A stretch of DNA of 64,000 nucleotides, taken from the NCBI GenBank assembly GCA_036172245.1, contig JAYWIR010000024.1:1612001-1676000 (forward strand). Direction: 5' to 3'. The notes beneath the pieces were generated by a model. The model searched no databases. It was not told the origin of the DNA and saw only the letters and a list, made by a program, of their open reading frames with translations. Source of the stretch: Raillietiella orientalis (lineage: Eukaryota). Of the stretch, positions 23,950 through 37,249 are shown in pieces; the stretch's first letter is position 1, and the number at the start of each line of letters is the position of its first letter. Made by a program: the position numbers and the translations under genes.

Positions 23950-24697
23950 ATGCCAGAAGTGAAGAACAGTTCCATCAACATCACCTGTCCCCTGATCGTC
24001 GCCTCCAACCGTTTGCCCTTTATCCTGAAAAGAGATCCGGAAACGGATGAGTTAGTCAGGAAACAAAGGTTGTCTTTTGCTGAGGCGGCAGAATGCCTGC
24101 AAGATTGCTGTGTTGTGTTTTCTGCTCTGTAGCGCCGGAGGTTTGGTCACTGCTGTCGCACCTGTGGTTGTACAGTGCAAAGGTCTCTGGATAGGATGGC
24201 CTGGAATGCACCTGGACAACCCGAACGACAAGATTCCGGAGTCACCTCCGGACAGCCGCGCACCAACCGCGGGTCTATCTTCAGACCAGGTAGGTGGGGG
24301 CGGTTCCCAGGCACGGTGGTCCTCGGTGGTTGCGCGTCTCCTGTCGGCTTTCACTTGAGAAGTGTGGAGGTCTGCACCGGTTGCGGGAGGGGGCACGGGT
24401 TCGATCCGTGGGGGCAGGTCTCTCGCGGGCAAATTCCAGGCGTCCCATAAACTGAGCGCAGTGGTAGGCCGGTGGATCCAGCCTTTGGATCCCCTTCCCG
24501 TCGTTCCTCATCGTGCCAAAGTACAGGGCGGAGGTGCTTTGGCTGCTTCGTAAGTTTTTGCGGGCTCGGAATTCTTCGAGCGGGCCGGGGGGGTGCCATC
24601 TTCTCTCTCTCGGCCTTTGATGTGAACATGATGAGCTGGATCTTGAAACCTGCGGTTTCCGGAGAGCGTGAAGAGGGAAACACGAACGCAAGAGTAA

Positions 24698-24730
<33 letters not shown>

Positions 24731-27700
24731 CACGCTTTCCTTTTTCCTCTCGAAAGCAGTCTGGTCCTCGCTGCTTGTCTGGCGTTCCTCTGGAAGCGCA
24801 TGTGACCCCGAGAACACTTGCTGATCTGCTTCGCGCGCATCAACAAGTGCGTAGGCGGAACGAAAGCTTCCGGGTCTGGCTGGCGCTCGCGAACCACGAG
24901 GCATCCTCACTGGCCGCGCTCTTTCGCCAGGGCTCGCACAGTCGGGCAGCAGGGAGGCGCGAGGCACATTCTCGGAGGAGTAGGAGGAGGGACGCTTGGT
25001 GCCCGCGCGCGCGACGTGGGCCACGCTAATGTGCTCTGCTCCGGAAGTGTCACGAATCCCGGAAGGGCGAAGGCGCGCCTAAGCACGCGGGGATCGTGGA
25101 CTCTTAAAGCAAGCGGAGGATGCTCAGAAGGGAGAGTGCTGGGTGCTCCGGTCTTTCCCCTGCCGCCAGTCGGCGGCGATGATGGGTGCAAGGAAATCGG
25201 CCTTGGCTAACCCCTTTCCCGGCCGCTTTTTCTGCTCGTCGTCAAGGGACCGCGTGCGCTGGAGGCGGGAGTCCTGCCCCCTGGACCTTGTTGAAGATGA
25301 ACCATAATTAACTCTTTTGCGATCCGTAGTCCTTGGTGAAGCGAGGGTCCGTGCCGGAAGGAAGAGCAGGAAGACGTAGACGCGCAAGGTGTCCCCGGGA
25401 TCTGGCTGTCCGCCCGTCTCCGCAGTTACTTCTTATCGCCGGGCGCTTCCCGCCTTCTCATCGTTGTTACCCACGTTTCCCCCAGATCTGTGTTGCCGTC
25501 ATCCGCGGTTGCCGAACGAGGTGATGCTGGAGAGGTCTTGACCTTCAACGGTTGTCTTCTCTCCCTCCCCCCCCCCCTCGCCTGCTTCGCGAGCGAATGA
25601 GGAAGCGGATGCTGTGCCAAATCTCAAATGTGCACTTCCGTCATCATCATCTTTCTTCTCTTCGTCTTCTTGCAGAGCGTCCGTTTTCAAGCGGAGGCTG
25701 GAGGCGCTCGCCCAGCTATTCTTTTGCTATTCTGGACAGGGTAGAGGTGAAGTGCGGTAGCTGAGCGCGTGCGCGCGCGACCGTTGGACCCTCTGGGCAA
25801 CGGCGGCTTCGTATTTCGTCTGAGGGAAACACATACAAGATCAGAGCAGCGTGAAACCGCGCGGTGTCGGTCGTTTCCGTCGGTGACGCCATCCCGTCGG
25901 AGGCGGAGAGCTCTCAGGGAAGAGGAAGCGGCGGAAAGGGAACAAGCAAAGCCAAGCAGTCAAGGACAGCAAGGGGGGGGGGGTCTCCAGCTGTGCACTC
26001 AAGGAATCCTGTAATGGAGGTTCCTCCCTTGAAAGCTCCGAACTGCAGCCTCCTCCTCGCGGGGGGGAAGGGGGAGGTGTTTCTGCGTTCTCTTTGTTGT
26101 TGCTGCTGCTGATGGTGTGGTGGGATTCCTGTGGGGCGCTGAAGCCGGCTGGGTGCCCCTGCTAGAGCTCGCTGAAGAGGCCGGAGATGGCTCGGGTTCC
26201 GCTGGTCTTTCCCAGAGGAGTGGGAGTAGGGGAGTAGGGGACGGAACTGATGCAGGGGGGTTATATCGTGTGCTTCCCCTCTCACGAGGAAGGACGGCTG
26301 TTTCAGACGATACCTCTCATCGTGAACCCTAAGGTCTTCGACGCGTATTACAACGGATGTTGCAACGGGACCTTCTGGCCGCTGTTCCACTCGATGCCCG
26401 ACCGGGCGATCTTCGAGGCCGACAAATGGCAGGTGGGAGAGCGATGGGGGAGAGAGACCCTTCCTTTCTCTCTGGGCTTCTGCAGCTCGCCCTTTCAAAA
26501 TCCCCTTTTCCCCCCACCCCCTCCTTCCCCAGGCTTACCAGGAGGTCAACAACCTGTTCTCTACGCTCGCCATCGAAGCCGTCGAGAAGCTGGACCCGGA
26601 GAAGGGCTCGCCTCTCATCTGGATCCATGACTACCACCTCATGCTGGTGGCGTCCACAGTGCGACAGGTGAGCGCACCGCACCTCGTGCACGTTGTTTGG
26701 GCTCAGTGGCCCCCTTTTCCCCTCCCCTTCCTCCTCCTGCCCTCCTCCCGACCTCTGCTGGTCCCTTCCTCCGCGTAGGCGTTGGAAGAGAAGCGCATCT
26801 CCTGCAAGTACAGCTTTTTCCTGCACATCCCCTTCCCCCCCTGGGACATATTTCGTCTCTTTCCCTGGGACGACGAGGTCCTGCAGGGACTCCTGGGTAA
26901 CGTCTTGGGGCGCTCTCGCCCGGAAGGGGGCGCCGCCTGCATTGCACGCGTGTAGGGGCGGACATGGTCGGATTCCACATCCAGGACTACTGCCTCAACT
27001 TCATCGACTGCTGCCACCGGCGCCTCGGGCTGCGCGTCGACCGCCACAACATGCTGGTGGAGATCGCCGGCCGCACGATCCTGGTGCGCGTGCTGCCCAT
27101 AGGCATCCCCTTCGACCGCTTCGTGAAGCTGGCGCACGAGGCGCCGAAGGTGGTGCGCATCAAGAACGAGAAGATCATCTTGGGCGTGGACCGCCTGGAC
27201 TACACCAAGGGACTGCCGCAGCGCTTCCGGGCCGTGGAGCGTTTCCTGGAGCGCTACCCGGAGCACCTGGAGCAGATCGTGTTCCTGCAGGTCGTGGTGC
27301 CGTCCCGGACCGACGTCCGCGAGTACGCCGCGCTCAAGGAGGAAATCGACCAGATCGTAGGCCACATCAACGGGCGCTTCTCCACCCCCAACTGGTCCCC
27401 GATCCGCTACATCTGCGGGTGCGTGTGCCAGGAGCAGCTCGCCGCCTACTACCGGGACGCATCCGTCGCCCTGGTGACCCCCCTGCGCGACGGGATGAAT
27501 CTGGTCGCCAAGGAGTTCGTGGCCTGCCAGACGGAAGAGCCCGGAGTCCTCATCCTGTCTCCCTTCGCCGGATCCAGCGAGACCATGCACGAGGCCCTTC
27601 TGGTCAACCCGTACGAGATCGACTACGTGGCGGACACCATCCACGAGGCGCTGACCATGCCCGAGGACGAGCGCGAGCTGCGCATCACGTACCTGCGCCG

Positions 27701-28736
27701 CCGGGAGCGCATCAACGACGTCAACGCCTGGCTGCGCTCCTTCTTCGTGGTGATGGGCATCAGCGAGAGCCAGAGTCACTCCGGTCCGGAGAGCAAGCAG
27801 CCCCGCACGACCCGCATGAACCCCCTCACTCCGGACGACTTCAACCCCTCGCTCAGCCAGTACCTGGACGAGGAGCCATGCAAGCTGGTGCTCCTCCTGG
27901 ACTACGACGGCACCCTGGCTCCCATAGCCCCGCGCCCGGAGCTGGCTCTCTTCCCCGAGGAAACCAAGAAAACCCTGGATCGTCTCAGCCACCACAGCGA
28001 CATCCACATCGCCATCGTCTCCGGGCGGGGCCTGGACGACCTGCGCAAGATGGTCGGCATCGAGGGCATCACGTACGCCGGGAACCACGGGCTGGAGATC
28101 ATGCACCCGGACGGGACCAAGTTCTGCCACCCGATCCCGCTGGAGTACGAGTCTAAGGTGAAGGAGCTGCTGCAGGCGCTCCAGGATGTGTGCTGCCACG
28201 ACGGAGCCTGGGTGGAGAACAAGGGCGTCATCCTCACCTACCACTACCGGGAGGCGCCCCCGGAAATTCAACGGGACCTCATAGACAGAGCCAAAGAGCT
28301 GATCGTCATGAACGGGTTCAAGCCCATCGAGGCCCACCGCGCCGTGGAGGCGCGCCCCCTGGTCAACTGGGACAAGGGGAGGGCCTCCTTGTACATCCTC
28401 CGCACGATGCTGGGGGTGGACTGGGCGGACAGGGGACGCGTCATCTACGTCGGCGACGATGTCACCGACGAGGACGCCATCCGTGCCCTGCGCGGAGTGG
28501 CTCTGACTTTCCGCGTCGCCAGCTCGGGCACGGTGCGCACCACGGCGAACAAGCGTCTCCCCAACACGGACGCGGTGCTGTCGCTGCTCAAGTCCATCGA
28601 GCGGCATTTCAGCGGGAAGGTGGAGACCAGCCGCCGCCGCTCGCAGTCCGGCGTCTCCGCCCCGTCGGCAGGCATTCTGCCCCTGTGCGGCGGCGGTTAC
28701 CCGTGCCGCGACGGAGCGCACCTCATTGCTGACTGA
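23950..28736 (+). CDS. Tps1: Bifunctional trehalose-6-phosphate synthase/phosphatase, paralogue B (all catalytic motifs intact), 6 coding exons, 811 aa
   Basis: Exons 23950-24068, 24133-24289, 26307-26432, 26533-26667, 26779-26896, 26956-28736 total 2436 nt, all with GT-AG introns. Motifs: ASNRLP, SAGGLVTAV, YYNGCCNGTFWPLFH, WIHDYHLM, FFLHIPFPPW, GVDRLDYTKG, LRDGMNLVAKEF; TPP DYDGTL, SGR, YAGNHG, HYR, VEARP, WDKG, GDDVTDEDA. Confidence 0.96.
24310..24480 (+). mobile_element. tRNA-derived SINE-like head in TPS-B intron 2
   Basis: A-box-like tggtcctcggtggtt (24317-24331) and B-box GGGTTCGATCC (24397-24407); no full cloverleaf. The 3' boundary is uncertain. Confidence 0.4.
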
Positions 28737-29439
28737 GGGGGCGGACTTCCTCCCTCCCTCCCTCTCCCGCCTCCCCTTCCCTGCACCCCGGACCGCCGCC
28801 GCGTGGAGGGGCGGGAAGCTCGCGTGCCGCCGCCTTCCCTCTTGTATCGCCCTGAACTTGAAAAGTAAAGAAAGAAAAAAGGAAAAAAAGGTCGTCGTCT
28901 TGAGCCGCCGCACGCGGTCGCAGCAGCAGCAGGTCGAGTTAAGTGGTGCATTGGGGTGGGAAGTGGAAGGAGCGAAGCGGCCATTCGGAGGGAAGGCGGG
29001 GGGAAGAGGAGAGGAGATGCGAAGGGGCAAGGGAGGGAGCCACCGTCTCCTCCTACCGACCCTTCCTTCCCTCCCTCCCCCTCCCGCTCGCGCGCGCAAG
29101 CAAGTTGTCTTCCGCGCGCGTCGCTCCCCCTTGGCGCTTCCTCCGCCTCCGCAAGGTCGCGCCCGTGGTTCTTGCAAGCGGGCACGGCTTTCCTACTCCC
29201 GAAACTAAGGGAAGTTTTTTTTTTTTTTTTTTTTTTCCTCCTCTACCCTCCCCACCTCCCCTTTGTCTTCTCGCCGCCTCTGCCTTGGCCCTCTCCACCG
29301 CCCCTGGGAAACCACGGGAGCTTGCGCTCTCCTTTGCTCGCGTTCCTGTGCGACCTTTTACGCGGTCGCTCAGAATGCGTACGCTCACTTGTCCTGAAGT
29401 CCTCCAAGGTCCCGACACGTGTGTGTTAGACTTGGTTTG

Positions 29440-29445
29440 AATAAA
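29440..29445 (+). terminator. Candidate polyadenylation signal AATAAA of TPS-B
   Basis: AATAAA about 700 nt after the stop codon, followed by a GT-rich stretch (gttgtgtg). Confidence 0.55.
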
Positions 29446-30199
29446 AAGTTGTGTGACCGTTTCCCCTCCCGGGGGGGGGGGATTGCATCCCTCCGGGGTC
29501 TCCGTATGGGGGGTACGGCGAAGGGGACCTCAGACAGGCAGGAGGCTGCAAGCAGACGATCCGTTGTTCGCAGAAGCGGCAGTCTCGGCGCGGGGCTTCA
29601 TCCTCCTTGCCCCGGTTACACCGCCCCCATCGGCAACGACGACGGTGGCGTTGCCTGGGCGAGGAAGGTGTGACAGCACCCCGGCAAACGCGAAAGACGC
29701 GATTTCGCCACCGGGCGGGCCATGGGGAACTCCTCATTCCCAAGGGGTCGTTTACCAGAAGGAGCATTCGTCGCCTCCGGGGACAGCCTGCTCCGCGCGC
29801 TCGTGCGCCTCGAGCCCTGCGCCGCAATTCCCCCGGGGCGGCGCAAAAGAGCGCCGCCCTGGGGACCTCTTCGACCGGGCCGCGAGGCGTCACAAGAGGC
29901 AGCGGGCGTTGTCCGCCGGCCACATTCAGCGGAAGCTGCGCGCCAAGAAATCTTCCTCCCGGATCCGCCTCCAACGCCAGAGGACGCCTCTGGCGGTGCG
30001 CACCATTCCTGGCGCGACAGGCTTTTCTGCATGCCACTGCAAGAGCCGTCAGCTGCCCTTCATCAATTTTCGCCCTTTCGGTCCAGGAAAACTGCGTCGC
30101 ATCCTCAGGAAAACGCTCCTCCTTGCGGCGGCGTCTCCGGGCGGAGGCCGCCTGACCCGACCCTGGCAGCATCCGGAAGACGCGCAGACCTGCCGTAGC

Positions 30200-31900
30200 T
30201 CGATGGGGGATTCTGCCTGAAGAGCTGGGCGGCTTTCACATGGGGTCGACGCCTCGAACCGGCCTGGGTGCTCTCCAAGGGCACCGACCTCACGCAGAAG
30301 TGCGAGTGATCCCAGAACTTCTCCAGAGCTGTTCTAGGACGCCGCTCCAGCAGTTCGCTTCCCGTAGGAACCACACGAGGGTCTCGGCCGGCCATCGACC
30401 GCGGGAAGGGACAGCGGGCGCGTGCCTGCCGGGAGCGGCCGGACCAGTGGCAGACGCGCAGGGCGGGAGGAATGGCGCGGAGGGCCCCCGTTCTCTGTTG
30501 GTGCATACCCCCCGCAGCCGGCCCGCGCCTGGGATCGACTCGACGCTCCACCTCAGACTGGCACTCCCTGGCGAGGGACCAGCGATCTCTGCTATCCCCC
30601 TCGGTGACGCAGTAGAGACCCTCGGAGGCTCCACAGACGGGGACGGAAGGAGGGCAAAGCGGCGGCGGGCCCCCGTCCTGGGGCGCTGGGAGAGGGGAGT
30701 GCCACCTGAGCGCGGAAAGGGCAGGAAGGAGGTCTTGGTGCCGCGACTTCTGTCTCGACGGACGGCTACGCGAAGGCCTCAGCCGCCTGCGTGGCAGCTG
30801 TGCGGAGCCGCAGGCAACGACCTCGCGGTTGCTGTGCAGGCGTCTGCGGGAAGGAGGAAGGAGGGGAGGATGGTCTTTTGAGCCCTCCCTTTGTCGCGCG
30901 TTCCCGGTCGCTCCGTAGTGGGGTGGATGGGCGAACATCGAGGCGTGGTGGTGCTCTGGAGCGCGCGGCTGCCCAGATGGACCCGTTGACAAACGCCGGC
31001 CGAAGTCGTCCCAGACCATGTGGTTGCCGCTGCCCACCCAGCAGCTGCTCTCGGGAAAATGGTGGCTCTACGCTTCCTGGTTTTGCAGCGAGCGAGGCCA
31101 ACAGGGGGTCGGTTGCCGTGCAACCGCAGACACCGAGCCTCACAAGGGCGCGTCCCGCTGGTCTCGGTCACGGCTTCATTCGAGGATCCTTTCGGTCCGG
31201 CAGCCATCCTTTCCCCCGCAGGAAGCTTCCTGGTTCTTTTGAAGCGGCGGTCACTAGGGTGCTCGGCTGCGGCTCGGGGTCACTCGTCCTCAGCTACTTC
31301 CGGCTTTCCGTGCCGCTCCGAACGCACGGATTCCTGGCGCGCCGTTTCGATGCTTCCCGGGTCGACGTGACACGTTGCCACGCATGCAGTGGCGATCGAA
31401 GTTCAGTTCCGGGAACTTTGCCTGGGTTCCGCCTTTCTCTCTTGCTGCTCCGTCCTCCCGGGACCGCTGCTGCCCCGTTGCCGTGCACCCCGACGAGCTG
31501 ATCCTTGCGCGCTTCTCCAGGGCGGTCTCGCCGACGCTCGCGACGTAGGTGCAGGTGCGCTGCCGCAGCTCCAAAGGGGCTCGACGGGCCTGCCATCTGT
31601 CAAGGGGATTGCAAACTAAGACGGACTCGAGGGAGAAAATCTTCAAAGTATCGGGGGATACGGGGGGGGGGGGAGAGACAGGAGGAGAAGAAGAAGAAAA
31701 GGCACAGAAGTTGCTCCGTGATCCGAAGGCTTTCGAAGCCAGCAACACGTCCGTCATGACTTTGTCATAGACTGTCCTCCTCTCCCCCCTCGTCTCCACG
31801 GCGAAGGATGAGTCAACCACCACGGGGAGGGAGCATGTCTTCCGCTTGAGGACTCGCCACCCACCCATCCTCGCACCTGCGAGTTATATAATCAGCGCGT
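30200..31900 (-). mobile_element. Decayed L1/Tx1-like ORF2 3' half (RT end, thumb, zinc-binding region, C-terminus)
   Basis: Collinear degenerate motifs on the minus strand: LASKAFGSRSN, DTLKIFSL, NPLDRWQARRAPLELR, KLPAG/GKGWLPD (~LP..GGLG.PD), PVCGASEGLYC and ALEKFWDHSHFCV. Confidence 0.45.
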
Positions 31901-33599
31901 TCTAATATGCTCCGTCCTGCCGAGAACCCCTTCCCTCTCCGTGCTGCCTCCCGGGGAGCTCCGCAGCATCCCGTCAGGACGAAGGGGTAACTTGGTCACG
32001 CCTTCCATATCTGCCGTCTTCTTCCCCCTTTCCATTCCCAGGAGCGAGGAGGAGAGGTCGTCCGGCGCAAGTCTCCCCGGCCGGTACTCCCCTTCCTTGC
32101 CCTCCTGCCCCTTGGCGGCGCAGGCAGGGACACCGAAGGGACGATCCCGCGCTTACCGCTTGGGCTTCAGAAGGCCGCGCGCAGTGGGCAGCTGCGCGGA
32201 GTCCCTCGTGAGCCCGTTTCAGAGCTCCGCCCCTGTCGCTGGCACTGCTTCCCACCGCCACCTTTCAAGGGACGGCCTCTCATGCCGGCGGGCACTGCGG
32301 CAGCGGTCAATTTCGCATCTCCCCCCCCCCTTCTCCGTTCTCGTTGGCTCTGAGATGGCTCCGGGGCATCCCGAGTTAATCCGCCCCTCCCCGATCCCCT
32401 CTTCCCGTTCGGGACCCACAGGTTCTGGAGGAGCTCTCTGGCGCGGCAGCGGGCCCCTGGAGGCGGTGCTGCTGCTGCCGCCACTGCGCGAGCGCATTCC
32501 TCCAGCGTCTTCCTCAGCGGTGTCTCCGAAGGTCGCCTGCCCGACCGCCCGGCTGCTAAACGTGCAGCAAGCCGAATAGGCGCGGCGCCCCCCCCTCTGG
32601 TTCTGGGCTCTTTCCCCCCGTTTCCTCGGAGACGAAAAGACGGCGGCGTCGCGAATCTCTTGGTCTCCCTGCCAGACAGGAGCTCCGAGCTGCCGGTGGT
32701 TCTGGGGGCACGTGCGAGAGAGCAAGGCAAGGGTTGCCGGAGGCGGGGAGGGTGGGGGAAACTCTTCCGGTGGCGGGAGGAGGAGGAGGAGTGGACTGGT
32801 TTACCCCGGCAGGGTCGGGAGCGCCGGAGGCCGGCTGCCCGGCGCCGCCGGGCAGCCGGAGGACCAGTGTTGGGGACGGAGTGGTGAGCAGAGGCGGCAG
32901 CGAAGGAGGGGGAGGGAGGGCGGATCTGCGCAGCAGCGAGTCCCTGTAGGAAGCCAGCTTGGCGCGGCCCACTGCTGTGACGGCAGGTGACGTCAGGGTC
33001 ATCTAGGAGAGCATGGAGGAACCGTGAAGGGCTCTTGACAACACGGGGGTAAGAACCAATCGCAGCGCTCCTCCGCGAACGGGATCATCGCGGTGGTTGC
33101 CACCGACAACGCAAAAATAAAAAAAAAACAAACGAGCGTGATGAATTGACGAATGAGTTCTTTGTCTCGAGAAAGAATGAGGAAGCGAGCGAGAAGCGCG
33201 AAGGTGGAGAGAGGGGACCGAGGAGGAAGAGGAGGGTTGCGGGGGAGGGGCGGTTTCTCCCGACTCGCAGCAAGGGGTTCGGGCAAGGAGGAGCTTTCGC
33301 TTCTCTGAGCTGCCGCGAGATGACTCTGGCTGCAAAGGAGGCCCGCCTCGCGGAAACGGGCCGCTGAAGCACTGAAAGCAGGGTTCCCAATTGGTCTCAT
33401 CTATTTTTCAACAAGTTGGGCCTCCGCAGACAACCTCTTGCAGCGGGCGCGTGCGCGCAAGCGGTCGTCTGCGGAAGCGACAGAAACCGGCGGAGCGACG
33501 GCGGAGTCACCGGACAGATGTCAAGGACAGCCGCGCTCTTGGCGGGGCAGGATTTATCAGAGCGCTCCGTGCGGGCTCCGGGAACCGCACGGTCCTACA

Positions 33600-34200
33600 G
33601 AACCCTCAGGGTGTTCACATGGGCCGAAGGTTGCGCAAGAGCACTTCAACCTCCTCTCGATTCGGCACCACTAGGATCTTCATCCGGTATCAACTCCTCT
33701 GGACGAATGCTGTCCAGATGGTACCAATCTTTGCGGCCCGTGATTTCGCTGCACGTCAAGGCTCCGCGAGCTGTGAGTGTCAAGGAAACGAAGGCGGATA
33801 CGACGCTCTCTTGCGAGGACAGGGAGCTTCTCGAACACTCGAGATCATCGCGAAGACGATGGAGGCGTTGGCTGAGTGGAGAGCGGATGGGAGGAGGGAA
33901 GGTAGCTTGCGCAATTGTTCCTCCCAGCAGCTGGATCGGCAGGCGGGGCGCGAGCCGCTCCCAAGGCAGGCTCGGTCCCGTGGCCAGAGGATCCGTCCAC
34001 TGGCGCAACCTTGTGGGAGGATTTCGTGGATGACGGCGCGCGGCAAGGGCGCGGCGTCGCCACTTCGGTATGCGCTGCTTTTGCCGGAGGAGGGACGAAC
34101 ACCCCTGTCGGTCTGGTCGCGCACTTTGCGATGGGTCTGGAGAAGAAGGGGAGGAAGAAGGAAAGAAGAGAGGAAAGCGACGCAACGTCAGCAGGCGATC
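33600..34200 (+). mobile_element. Decayed LINE thumb-region fragment
   Basis: RWRRWLSGERMGGGKV (~W....LS..GK) followed by GRISW...RYALLLPEEGR (~FLW...L.LP..GG). Boundaries are approximate. Confidence 0.3.
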
Positions 34201-35649
34201 CCTGGTTCCGGTTCTTATTCGAAGGTCTTCAGCAAAGCTCGTCTGAGTCGCGGACACGGGCGATCCGCGAATCAGACGCACGCGACGTGAGAGCGCACAT
34301 CCGACACCTCGTCCGGGCCGTGGCCGGACGAAGGTGGAGCGACACGCACCCGCGCGGTGGCGAGCAATCGGCGATGCACCCGCGGAATGCGTGCACAACA
34401 CCTGCATTACAGCTCCCCACGCAGCAATGCATGGGGCGTGACGAGTGAAGGCTCGACCCGGCAGCATCGAGGTCTCCGGTTCGCAAGCCCGCCACAGAAC
34501 CGTGCCCCGGTTCCCACCCCCTCCGTCCACGACCCCATCTACCGCTTGCGACTGGGAAGGGGTAGGGGTTTCGCTCCCCTCTTCCCCCCTCCTGAAAAAA
34601 GAAACCCCTACCAGTCGCAGACTCGAAGTGAAAACCGAAAACGGAAATGGGGTGTGGTGCCTGCCCCCTTCTGTAGTCCGAAGGTGAGCTTGAGGCGCTG
34701 GGAGAGCGCCCCCGTTTCGCTGAACGCGGATCCGCGAAGGTCAGCTCGGGAGTGCTGTGCCAACACGAGCTTCAAAGCGCGGGGCCTTCTTCGTCTCCCC
34801 ACACCAGCAGGCTTTCAGAAAGCAGGCAGCCCGGGGTGGTTGCAAGGGACCGTCATTCCTGGGGGAACATCCTGAGCGATCCCTCTGGGCGTCGCTTTGC
34901 TGTTCCGTGACCGGGGTCTCAGCCCGCTCCGGGTGTGGCACCAGTGGCGGCGTCGGGGTGGCAGTCGGGAACAGCGCCAGCGAATCGCCACCCTGCCGTG
35001 AAGGTCCTTCGGCCGAGACGTGGAGCTGCATCCTTCTTGGGATCGTCCCTCGCCCTGTGGAACCAGGTCCAGTCGGAGCAGGGCGTTGCCTAGCTCCGGT
35101 TCCTCTCCCCTCCTCCTCCCGTTGTCAGGACACCAGCTGCCGTTGCTTCCGGGTAATCCCGTGCTTAGGCCCAGGTCGGGGTTTTGCTGCCGGCGCTGTA
35201 ACTAAGGGCATGCCCTTGCGGTTCGCCCCTTGCATCGACATCTTCGCTGCCATGTTGAGCCGAGCTGCGTGGGGTCCCCCTGCAGACCACCGAAGTGTTT
35301 CGTGGCACGTTCTTCTGCAGATCGCGATGATCCGGCTGTCCTGACTCGGATTCTGGAGGCAGAGAGAGCCGGGGTTTTCCTGATCGAGGGGACATTTTCC
35401 GAGCGTCGGATGCGCCCGGTGAAGGAAGTAAAAGAACTGTGCTTCCGGCATCCCCACTTCCGACCGCTTCTTTCTGTGCTTTTCCGGTGGCGGGGATTTC
35501 GCTGAGGACGAGACACAAAGTCGAGTCCCTTCGTCCTGCTTGCGCGTGTGAACCTTTTTTCTTTTTTTTTCTCCTTTCCACTCGTTTTCCGAGGACTCTG
35601 GAGCGCAGGCTCCTTCTCCACAGCCGAGATGAACTGAAACCATCAGGTG

Positions 35650-36500
35650 ATGCTTAAATTGAGCTGCGTGGGCCGAGGTGGCGGAACGATGGAACTCCTG
35701 GCTGCTTTGCTGCTGCCAGTTGCAGTGGTCGGACTCTTTGAAACGGCTGGATTGCCGCTCTGACTTGCTCGTGCGCCCTCTGCCCTCCGTTCTGTTGCTC
35801 TGGAAACCTCTCCATGAGACTCGTTCGCCGAGTCCTGCGTTTTGCGTTTCCCGAGTAAGAACACGGCTTCAGGAACAAAAATCCAGAACTGGAGCGCTGC
35901 GTTGTGGCACCATCTCGGACGAGATTCCCCGATTTTCTCGGCATCATCTGCAAGATGTGCCTTCTCAATGTTTGGGCGCCGGAGGACGCGTTTCAAGCTG
36001 TCTGGGAAGAAGTGGAGGAGCGTCCTCAAAGGAGCCTCCGTTGCGCCAATACGAAATCCTTCCTGAATATTGAACAGGACTGGGAACGAGCGGGCCGCAG
36101 GGCTCCTCCTCCTGAAAAAAACTTCAGGAAAGCGGATCGCGGATGGCTGCAGCGTACGCTCGTTTCCCTGGCGACGCCGAAGAGACCACATCCCCACTCC
36201 TTTCGCTTTTCCTTACAGCGCTGTTATGTCTCGTCGTCTTTCTGCGGCTCCCACAAGGCACCCCCGGCAGCGCGTTGCCTGGAGGCGCTCCTACATGCGA
36301 ACGGCACCTGGGAAAAAGGGCCTCAGTGGATGTGAAAATCCCGCCAACGCTTTGCGGGCGTCCTGGACGTCTGCGCTTCGCACCCTGAGGATGGCATGGC
36401 GCAGCAGCAGCGGCACAAGCGGGAAGCATTCCCTCACCCTGGATTCATTCCGTCACGTACCTGGAGGAGCTCTTCGTGGAAGGGACTGGCACGTGATTCC
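35650..36500 (-). mobile_element. Decayed non-LTR reverse transcriptase core
   Basis: KRWRDF (~NWRPI), then FNIQEGFRIGATEAPLRTLLHFFPDSL (~F.I..G.RQG.PLSP.LF..F.D.L), then HLADD (~YADD), in RT domain order. Confidence 0.5.
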
Positions 36501-36957
36501 AACCATGATTCAGCCCTCGCCGAAGTGACGAAGGAAGGGAAAAGAGGAAAGCGGGACGGCCATGGGAAGGTGGTCTCCATCCGGCTGGGATCTCATCTGA
36601 AGCGAAGATGCAAGCGCGATCTCTCTGGACCTGGCAGCTTGAGCTCGCATCCGAAGGCGGTCGAAAGGCATCGACGGGAGTTTCCTCCGTTTCGCCTTCG
36701 GGAAGATCTGCAGTTTGCCCATCTTCCTGCATCCTCTTGCAGCCCTTCGAGTTCGCGTCCGTGGACTACTTTCCTCGTAAGCGAGGCGGCGGTTCTCCTC
36801 CTCCTCCTCTCAACCCGATGTTTCCTCTGCAATTTTCCTTCCTTGTTGCTGCCTCCACTCCCGGTTCCCGTTCTTCGGAGGCGGGAGCCGTTTTCACCCC
36901 TTTGGCGACCGCGGCCTGACTTCGGGACGACGGAGCGCGGATCGGAGTCCGTTCCTC

Positions 36958-37225
36958 CAACGCCTGGGGAAGGATCCCCCAAGGGAATCTTCTTCCTTAT
37001 TCTCCGGAGGGAGCCCCGGAAGGGGACCATTCCTCATTTCTTCTCCAAAGGGGAACCCGGAAAGGATCCGCTATCAGGAATTTTTCTCCTGAGGGACCCC
37101 CCGGGAAGGGGAACCGCTCCTGTTGACTTCGCTGAAGAGAACTCCGAAGGGACACTTCCCAATTTCCTCTCAAGGGCGCTCCCGAGCGAAGCGGCACGCT
37201 TCTTTACACTCTCCGGAGAGGTAGT
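36958..37225 (+). repeat. Dispersed repeat with internal ccccgaaggg-type subunits; copy 1
   Basis: Aligns by eye to 58008-58210 (cgc.tgg...gga.c.cc.aaggga, ccc.gaagggg, cctcat.tcttctcc, ggaaaggatcc, actcc.gaagggac, acactct.gagagg). Confidence 0.6.
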
Positions 37226-37249
37226 AACACACCTACTCCACGGAGGGTC

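Noticed and set aside
8006..28736. Horizontal transfer or bacterial contamination as the source of the GC-rich TPS genes
   Set aside because: Both genes have five shared spliceosomal introns and the animal-type fused TPS-TPP architecture.
26703..29177. 824-aa antisense ORF and 487-aa shifted-frame ORF over TPS-B
   Set aside because: Shadow ORFs caused by strong G/C third-position bias in the real CDS; no recognisable motifs.
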